A stretch of DNA of 38,401 nt from a virus (taxonomy: Duplodnaviria > Heunggongvirae > Uroviricota > Caudoviricetes), in the IMG/VR virus record IMGVR_UViG_3300044259_000172. One strand, given 5' to 3'. Under the pieces are notes generated by a model. That model was not told the origin of the DNA. It searched no databases and was given only the letters and a program-made list of their open reading frames with translations. Both the position numbers and the translations under genes were made by a program. Position 1 is the stretch's first letter. Each line of letters starts with the position of its first letter. Of this stretch, positions 26,876 to 32,856 are shown in pieces.

Positions 26876-27848
26876 TACATCAGATTTATCATTCTCGAAT
26901 ATATCTAAACAATCTGTTTCTTCAGGAGGAATTCTTTCTTCTTTTAGAAACAAAATCATAAATGGAAATTTTGATTTCTGGCAAAGAGGGACATCTCAAA
27001 CTTCAGCAGGTTATGGATCTGCGGATAGATGGTATTGTGATAATATCGGTTCTACTAAAACTACTTCTAGGCAAACATTCACTCTAGGTCAAACTGATGT
27101 TCCAGGAAATCCAACTTATTTTTGTAGGACTGTAGTTTCTTCTGTTGCAGGTGCTTCAAATTACGTAAATATCTTACAAAGAATAGAAGGAGTTCAAAAT
27201 CTTTCTGGTAAAACTGCTACTTTAACTTTTTATGCTAAGGCTGACTCAGCAAAGCCAATAGCAGTCTCATTAGTACAAAATTTTGGTACAACAGGAAGTC
27301 CATCATCTAGAGTTTTGGCGATAGGTTCAACTAAAGTAAATCTAACAACTTCCTGGGCAAGATATGATGTCGTAGTTTCTATTCCTTCAATTACAGGAAA
27401 AACCCTTGGAACTGACAATAATGATTTTCTAACTGTGGTATTTTGGTTTGATACTGGATCAAGCAATACAGAATCCGCTTCTCTTGGCCAGCAATCTGGT
27501 ACTTTTGATATTGCTAGAGTTTCTCTTGTTGAAGGAGATGCTAGATCAGATTCTGACCCATTTTCTCCTAGACATATTCAACAAGAATTGGCCTTATGTC
27601 AGAGATATTATTATAGTTCTTCTCTTGGGGTTGTTGCCTTTCCTGACTCTATTTCGGGTACACCTACTGATACGAGATCTAAATTTGCATATCTTTATTT
27701 TCCTGTTAGGATGAGAAGGGGTCCTTCAACATCTGGTACTGCAGGATTTTCACTTATAGGGGGAATAGATGGAATAATAGCTTCTATAGCAGCAGCTCAA
27801 AACGCAAGTTCAATTATTAGTACTTGGATAGCAGACGCCGAATTGTAA
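26868..27848 (+). CDS. Tail fibre / receptor-binding protein 2, lacking the N-terminal anchor
   Basis: ATG at 26868 (in frame with the track ORF from 26811, overlapping the upstream stop); FRNKIINGNFDFWQRGT...ELALCQRYY...DAEL; only about 20 aa before the shared domain. Confidence 0.8.
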   Translation: MSNTSDLSFSNISKQSVSSGGILSSFRNKIINGNFDFWQRGTSQTSAGYGSADRWYCDNIGSTKTTSRQTFTLGQTDVPGNPTYFCRTVVSSVAGASNYVNILQRIEGVQNLSGKTATLTFYAKADSAKPIAVSLVQNFGTTGSPSSRVLAIGSTKVNLTTSWARYDVVVSIPSITGKTLGTDNNDFLTVVFWFDTGSSNTESASLGQQSGTFDIARVSLVEGDARSDSDPFSPRHIQQELALCQRYYYSSSLGVVAFPDSISGTPTDTRSKFAYLYFPVRMRRGPSTSGTAGFSLIGGIDGIIASIAAAQNASSIISTWIADAEL

Positions 27849-27851
27849 TTA

Positions 27852-27890
27852 GTGATAAATAATCCTATATAATCTAAGGAGATTTATCAC
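27852..27890 (+). promoter_or_regulatory. RBS-sequestering hairpin with late promoter-like GATAAATA (27854-27861) in its 5' arm
   Basis: GTGATAAAT-AA-TCCT-[atataatcta]-AGGA-G-ATTTATCAC then C-ATG of the endolysin. Confidence 0.7.
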
Positions 27891-27891
27891 C

Positions 27892-28530
27892 ATGCATATT
27901 ATCGATGTCGTAAATAAATTTTGCCCAAATGCAAAACCTGCTTACATTCAGGCTTTTAAAGAAAATGATTCCAATTTTGTAAAATATGGAGTAAATTCAA
28001 CTAAAAGAGTTTCTCAATTTTTAGCCCAAACTATTCATGAAACTGGGCAATTTACTATTTTTGTTGAAAATGGAAATTATAATCCTGAAAGAATTCCTGA
28101 AGTTTGGCCTACAAGATTTAAAACAGTAGCTGCCGCATCTCCTTATGCTCATAATCCTCAAAAATTATTCAATAATGTTTATGCAAATAGAATGGGAAAT
28201 GGTCCAGAATCTTCAGGAGATGGATACAAATATCGCGGTAGAGGAACTTTACAGACTACAGGTAAAGAATCTTATGATGAATATGGGAAAGAGTTAGGAA
28301 TTGATCTTGTAACTAATCCTGATCTTTTACTTGATCCAAAATACATCCTTCTTCCGGCTCTTCTTGAATGGCATAATAAGGGATGTAATGAATTTGCAGA
28401 TAAAGGAGATATAAACTCTATTACATTAAAAATTAATGGAGGATATACAGGTCTTACTGAGAGAAAGCAATGGCTTTCAAAAATTCAGGCATTCATTGGT
28501 TCTTCCAATATAGAATTTGCTTCAGCTTAA
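27892..28530 (+). CDS. Endolysin, glycoside hydrolase family 19
   Basis: FLAQTIHETG, VENGNY, YANRMGNG, GDGYKYRGRG..QTTGKESY, ITLKINGGYTGL.ER. Confidence 0.92.
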   Translation: MHIIDVVNKFCPNAKPAYIQAFKENDSNFVKYGVNSTKRVSQFLAQTIHETGQFTIFVENGNYNPERIPEVWPTRFKTVAAASPYAHNPQKLFNNVYANRMGNGPESSGDGYKYRGRGTLQTTGKESYDEYGKELGIDLVTNPDLLLDPKYILLPALLEWHNKGCNEFADKGDINSITLKINGGYTGLTERKQWLSKIQAFIGSSNIEFASA

Positions 28531-28535
28531 ATAGT

Positions 28536-28543
28536 GATAAATA
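28536..28543 (+). promoter_or_regulatory. Late promoter-like GATAAATA heading the second cassette
   Basis: Intergenic, 20 nt before the ATG of the 93-aa paralog. Confidence 0.55.
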
Positions 28544-28563
28544 CTAGAAAAGGAAGATAAAGA

Positions 28564-28845
28564 ATGTCAGCACATTTAGTTTTTGGAAATGTCAAAGGAG
28601 GTCATCCTATTATTGACACAAATTTTGTATCAGCGGATATAGCTCATGGAACAATTTATACATCTCCAGATGTATCTCATAATTATCTTATTGTTCATAC
28701 TGATGAATTAGCTTGGGTAGCATTCAGCTCTGATTCAACTGTAGATCCAGATCCTTCTAAATCTCCTAGAATTTTAGTAGCAGCTCACTCGCCATTTCCA
28801 TTTTACATTAAGCCTGGTACTAAAATTAAAACGGCAGCAGCTTAA
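28564..28845 (+). CDS. Small beta-rich protein, paralog of 20793-21083; putative appendage adaptor
   Basis: SAHLVFGNVKGGHPIIDTNF...NYL...WVAF...PDP...PRI...PFYIKPGTKI. Confidence 0.7.
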   Translation: MSAHLVFGNVKGGHPIIDTNFVSADIAHGTIYTSPDVSHNYLIVHTDELAWVAFSSDSTVDPDPSKSPRILVAAHSPFPFYIKPGTKIKTAAA

Positions 28846-28857
28846 AGGAAATTTTTT

Positions 28858-29034
28858 ATGATTTCCTTATCAATGGGATTAGGATTTTCTTTGATAGGAT
28901 CAGTTTATTCTAATCAACAAGATACTACTAATATTCCTCCAAATGCCATGTTTAGGACAGTTGGAGGAATTGTATATTATGCGACAAGTAGCGTACAAAA
29001 TAATGCATATGCAGTTAGGAATTCATCTCAATGA
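28858..29034 (+). CDS. Small protein (58 aa) with N-terminal SLSMGLGFSLIG motif, below the ORF-track cutoff
   Basis: Hand translation MISLSMGLGFSLIGSVYSNQQDTTNIPPNAMFRTVGGIVYYATSSVQNNAYAVRNSSQ; AAAGGA SD; ATGA overlap with the next gene. Confidence 0.65.
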   Translation: MISLSMGLGFSLIGSVYSNQQDTTNIPPNAMFRTVGGIVYYATSSVQNNAYAVRNSSQ

Positions 29035-30722
29035 CAACTTTAACATTTGATTATGATTTAGATCAATTTTTTCAAAGGCTTCGAGGTTGGTGGTCTGCTC
29101 AATCTTTATCTGGTGCAGTCGATGGATCAGATGTCAATAGACTTCTAGATTTAACATCACACGGGCAGAGTATGGTTTCTGCATCAGCTTCTACGGCTCC
29201 TATTCTTAAATTAAATGGACTAAATGGGCATCCTACTCTTAATTTCGCAACAGGTAAAAGACTTGTAGCATCAACAATGGGTAATGGAGGAATTTTTCAA
29301 TCTGGAGCTATTTCACAGCCATTTACAATGATAGCAGTAGCAAAATCAAGAAGTGTAGATGCAGGAACAGCTAGAGTAATTTTATCATCAACCTCAGCAA
29401 GTCAATGTAGTTTACTTATCAATTCGACTGGATTACTCCAAATTGCTGCTGGAAGCAATGGAGCTCAAGGAGGACCTGTTATTGATGATGACACTTTCCA
29501 TATCGTAATTGGTTGTTTTGACACTGGATCAGCTGCTTTATTTGTTGATGGATATTGTGCAGGTGCTTCTTCAGGACAAACCCATGGAACAAATACTCTT
29601 GCTCAATTTACTATGGGATCAGTTGCTTCAGGAGCATCTTATTTTAATGGTGAAATCGCCGAAGTAATGCTTTTAGAAGGAAGACCTAAATTGCAAGAAA
29701 TTAAGATGATTAATGATTATCTTTCTTCTAAATGGGGATTAAATCTCGTAATCCCTTCTCAATCATCAGCAAATCCGATTACAGGAATTGATGCAAATTC
29801 GGTCACTTGTCGTACATGGTTACCTACCACAATAACTTCAACAACACCTGTATGTATAGTTTCTCACCAAGCAGGTGGAGATAGCAATATTACTTTATCT
29901 TATGGCATGTATCCATACATAAGAGAATTAGTAAATGCTGGTTTTTGTGTAATAGCCTCGGATAATGGAGGAGCAAATACTTGGGCTAATTCGGCTGCTC
30001 AAGCATCTCTTATGGCAGCTTATAATTTAGCATCATCGCAATTAACGGCATTAGGCGGTGGAGCAGGAAATGTCATGCTATTAGGATTTTCTATGGGCGG
30101 AGGAAATTCTATGATAGGAATAGCATTAGGAGGATTTCCTGCAGGTAAAATAAAAGCTTTAATGTCAGTAGATGGAGTTATGGATTTGTCTACTCTTTAT
30201 TCTCAATCTACATATACTTCAACAATTGAATCTGCTCATGGTATTACATCAGGAATTTTATCGGGGGCAACGATAGTAGGTGCAACATCTATTCCTACTA
30301 CAGCTTCATTTCCTACAATAGGAACAAAACTTATGGTAGGAAATGGAACTTCCAATGTAGAAATTGTCACAACGACAGGATCTTCAAATGGAACTTCCGT
30401 TCCATGTACAGCATTGACAAAACCACATGCATCTTCAGAGCAAGTTTCAGATTATCCTACAAAAACTTCAGGAAGAAGTGCAGTTACTCGTTCTCCAAAT
30501 GATTATACAGGTGTTAGATATTTTAGATTTTATGCTTCGTCTGGAGATACATCAGTTCCTAAAACTTCAAATGCTGATGCAATGTCGGCTCTTTTAGCCA
30601 CAGCATCATCTCCGCCTATAGAATATGCGGTTATAAGTCACCCAGGTGGGCATCTTCAAGGTGGGCATATGGCAAAAGATATGGTAGCATTTGCTTCTAG
30701 ATCTGGTTTAATTACAGTATAA
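29031..30722 (+). CDS. Putative tailspike: LamG/ConA-like domain plus alpha/beta-hydrolase (esterase)
   Basis: GWWSA...G..V..LLDL...FNGEIAEV...INDYLSSKWG LamG-type domain; LLGFSMGG nucleophile elbow (Ser354), GDTSV (Asp506), HPGGH (His537/His541). Confidence 0.75.
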   Translation: MTTLTFDYDLDQFFQRLRGWWSAQSLSGAVDGSDVNRLLDLTSHGQSMVSASASTAPILKLNGLNGHPTLNFATGKRLVASTMGNGGIFQSGAISQPFTMIAVAKSRSVDAGTARVILSSTSASQCSLLINSTGLLQIAAGSNGAQGGPVIDDDTFHIVIGCFDTGSAALFVDGYCAGASSGQTHGTNTLAQFTMGSVASGASYFNGEIAEVMLLEGRPKLQEIKMINDYLSSKWGLNLVIPSQSSANPITGIDANSVTCRTWLPTTITSTTPVCIVSHQAGGDSNITLSYGMYPYIRELVNAGFCVIASDNGGANTWANSAAQASLMAAYNLASSQLTALGGGAGNVMLLGFSMGGGNSMIGIALGGFPAGKIKALMSVDGVMDLSTLYSQSTYTSTIESAHGITSGILSGATIVGATSIPTTASFPTIGTKLMVGNGTSNVEIVTTTGSSNGTSVPCTALTKPHASSEQVSDYPTKTSGRSAVTRSPNDYTGVRYFRFYASSGDTSVPKTSNADAMSALLATASSPPIEYAVISHPGGHLQGGHMAKDMVAFASRSGLITV

Positions 30723-30732
30723 AGGAAAAAAA

Positions 30733-32847
30733 GTGGCTTCATTATCATTAGGTGTAGGATTTTCAATGGTAGGTCTATCTACTAAATTAGTAGATCTTGT
30801 AATTTATCCTATATCAATTTCAGGAACCCTTGAAAATGCGATAGTAGGAAATTATTTTTCATTTTTTCCAATGGTTTCAGGAGGATCTGGAACAAAAACT
30901 TTCTCTTTATCTGGAACTCTTCCTTCAGGATTAACATTTAATACTTCAAATGGATCTATTTCAGGAATTCCTACAGGATCTGGAATTTTCTCTAATATAT
31001 CAATTGCAGTATCAGATCCAACAGGTTCTGCTACACTTTCAAATATTTCATTGACTATAAAAGAAACATCTTCTATATCTTTAATTGCTACTTCTTATGA
31101 TATTCCAGTTTCTGTAAAATCTTCAACTTCTATAAGTCTTTCTCTTTCTGGAAATACTGCGACAGAAGGATCAACTGTAACGTTTATTGCTACAGTTTCA
31201 GGAGCAAATATCCCTACTGGAACGGTAACTTTTTATGATATGGGATTACCTCTTTCTACCGTTAGTTTGAATAATGGAGTAGGAACATTTAATACATCTT
31301 CTTTACCTTCAAGAGATCATATCATTTCTGTAGCATATAACGGAGATGACAATAATAAAACATCATTTTCTTCTCAATTAAAATTAACTATTGATGCAGT
31401 TATTAATCCTCCTGTAAATACTTCTGTTCCAGTTGTATCTGGAAGCACAGTATCAGGTTCAGTTTTAACCTCAACTACTGGATCTTGGACAGGAACTTCC
31501 TTAACATATTCATATCAATGGATCTGGGCTGATACTTCAACTCCTATTTCTGGAGCAACATCATCTACTTATACTCTAGTAGATTCTGATGGTGGGCATC
31601 AAATTTCATGTATAGTTACCGCATCAAATTCTGCTGCTACCGTAAGTTCTACTTCGTCTCCAACTTCTACTATTACTATTCCGATAAGATACCCAGTTAA
31701 TACGGTAGCTCCAACTATTTCAGGAACTCCTTCAACTGGGTCTACTCTTACTGCATCAACAGGAACTTGGTCAGGAAATTCTATTGTCTATACTTATCAA
31801 TGGATCTGGGCTGATACTTCAACTCCTATTTCTGGAGCAACATCATCTACTTATGTTCCAGTTTCTGGAGATGTTGGACATACTATAAATGTTCAAGTTA
31901 CTGCAACAAATTCTTATGGAACAGGAACTGCTTCTGCTACTCCTACTTCAGCTATTACTGCTCCTATATTATATCCAGTTAATACAGCAGTACCAACTAT
32001 TTCTGGGACTGTTTCTGTAGGATCTACTTTAACAACTACAAATGGAACTTGGGATGGAAGCGGAATAACTTATACCTACCAATGGTATTGGGCTGATACT
32101 TCTACTCCTATTTCTGGAGCAACGTCATCTACTTATATCATTGCATCAACAGATGCTACACATACTATCAGTTCTCACGTAACTGCTACGAATACCTATG
32201 GAAATTCTACAGCAAATTCAGCTGCAACAACAGTAGTAGTTTCTACTTCTGGTGTTACATTCTTTAGTGATACATTTACCGCAGCTGATGGAACACAATT
32301 AATTGCAGGATCTTATGTAGCTGATACAGGTCAGGCATATGAAACTCAAACTGGGGTAACTGTTGACGTTCTTGCTAAGATTTATAATGGAGAAGTGTAT
32401 AACCCTGCCGCTTCATCTTGGACGAATACTCCAAGAGCTAAAACAACACAAACCGCGTCTAATTATTATGTAGAAGGTGTTCTTGATTGTATTTCAGTTC
32501 TATCTGGAGAAACTGTAGGTATTACAGGTAGAGCTTCTGCTACCGAACAATCTTTATATTTTGCTAGATATTCAAGAGTTGTAAATGGGTGGCAATTATA
32601 TAAAACTGTGACAGGAACATCTACTCTTCTAGGATCATATTCTGATACCTTTACATCAGGACAAAGAACTCTTCGTTTAGAAATGAATGGTACCTCATTA
32701 AAAGTTTATGTGGATGGAACTCTCAGAATTTCTGCGACAGATTCATCGATCGCAGGACCAGGATCTCCAGGAATGAGAATTGGAGGATCTACTCAATCTC
32801 CTACCACCGGTACTCACATTACATCACTTAAAGCAGTCACATTGTAA
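30733..32847 (+). CDS. Multi-Ig-domain virion protein with C-terminal ConA-like domain
   Basis: GTG start; He_PIG-like SGTLPSGLTFNTSNGSISGIPT; Big_3-like VTFIATVSG..PTGTVTFYD...YNGD; three PVNT..P.(I/V)SG...TYQW.WADTSTPISGATSSTY repeats; KVYVDG C-terminal beta-sandwich. Confidence 0.8.
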   Translation: MASLSLGVGFSMVGLSTKLVDLVIYPISISGTLENAIVGNYFSFFPMVSGGSGTKTFSLSGTLPSGLTFNTSNGSISGIPTGSGIFSNISIAVSDPTGSATLSNISLTIKETSSISLIATSYDIPVSVKSSTSISLSLSGNTATEGSTVTFIATVSGANIPTGTVTFYDMGLPLSTVSLNNGVGTFNTSSLPSRDHIISVAYNGDDNNKTSFSSQLKLTIDAVINPPVNTSVPVVSGSTVSGSVLTSTTGSWTGTSLTYSYQWIWADTSTPISGATSSTYTLVDSDGGHQISCIVTASNSAATVSSTSSPTSTITIPIRYPVNTVAPTISGTPSTGSTLTASTGTWSGNSIVYTYQWIWADTSTPISGATSSTYVPVSGDVGHTINVQVTATNSYGTGTASATPTSAITAPILYPVNTAVPTISGTVSVGSTLTTTNGTWDGSGITYTYQWYWADTSTPISGATSSTYIIASTDATHTISSHVTATNTYGNSTANSAATTVVVSTSGVTFFSDTFTAADGTQLIAGSYVADTGQAYETQTGVTVDVLAKIYNGEVYNPAASSWTNTPRAKTTQTASNYYVEGVLDCISVLSGETVGITGRASATEQSLYFARYSRVVNGWQLYKTVTGTSTLLGSYSDTFTSGQRTLRLEMNGTSLKVYVDGTLRISATDSSIAGPGSPGMRIGGSTQSPTTGTHITSLKAVTL
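31513..32136 (+). repeat. 60-bp direct repeat core in three tandem Ig domains (31513-31572 and 31795-31854 exact; approx. 32077-32136 with a few mismatches)
   Basis: tatcaatggatctgggctgatacttcaactcctatttctggagcaacatcatctacttat at 282-nt spacing. Confidence 0.88.
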
Positions 32848-32856
32848 GGAAATAAA

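Larger units (their letters stand above)
24661..27610 (+). repeat. About 690-bp diverged direct repeat (approx. 24661-25346 and 26928-27610) between the two fibre paralogs
   Basis: Colinear homology with exact patches, e.g. 25061-25137 vs 27328-27404 (77 bp, 1 mismatch), 24943-24978 vs 27210-27245 (36 bp), 25225-25262 vs 27489-27526 (38 bp). Confidence 0.9.

Noticed and set aside
24661-27610. Diversity-generating retroelement (TR/VR) behind the duplicated fibre genes
   Set aside because: No reverse transcriptase in the window; differences are mostly synonymous and not adenine-specific; both copies are open ORFs
24355-27848. Invertible tail-fibre shufflon
   Set aside because: Copies are in direct orientation, with no flanking inverted sites and no recombinase gene seen
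28858-29040. Programmed -1 frameshift fusing the 58-aa tag ORF to the esterase
   Set aside because: The esterase frame has a TAG at 29016-29018, leaving only four codons, and no slippery heptamer is present; ATGA coupling explains it
22097-32136. CRISPR-like array from the 60-63 bp direct repeats
   Set aside because: Repeats are in frame within coding sequence, have only 2-3 copies, and encode protein repeat units
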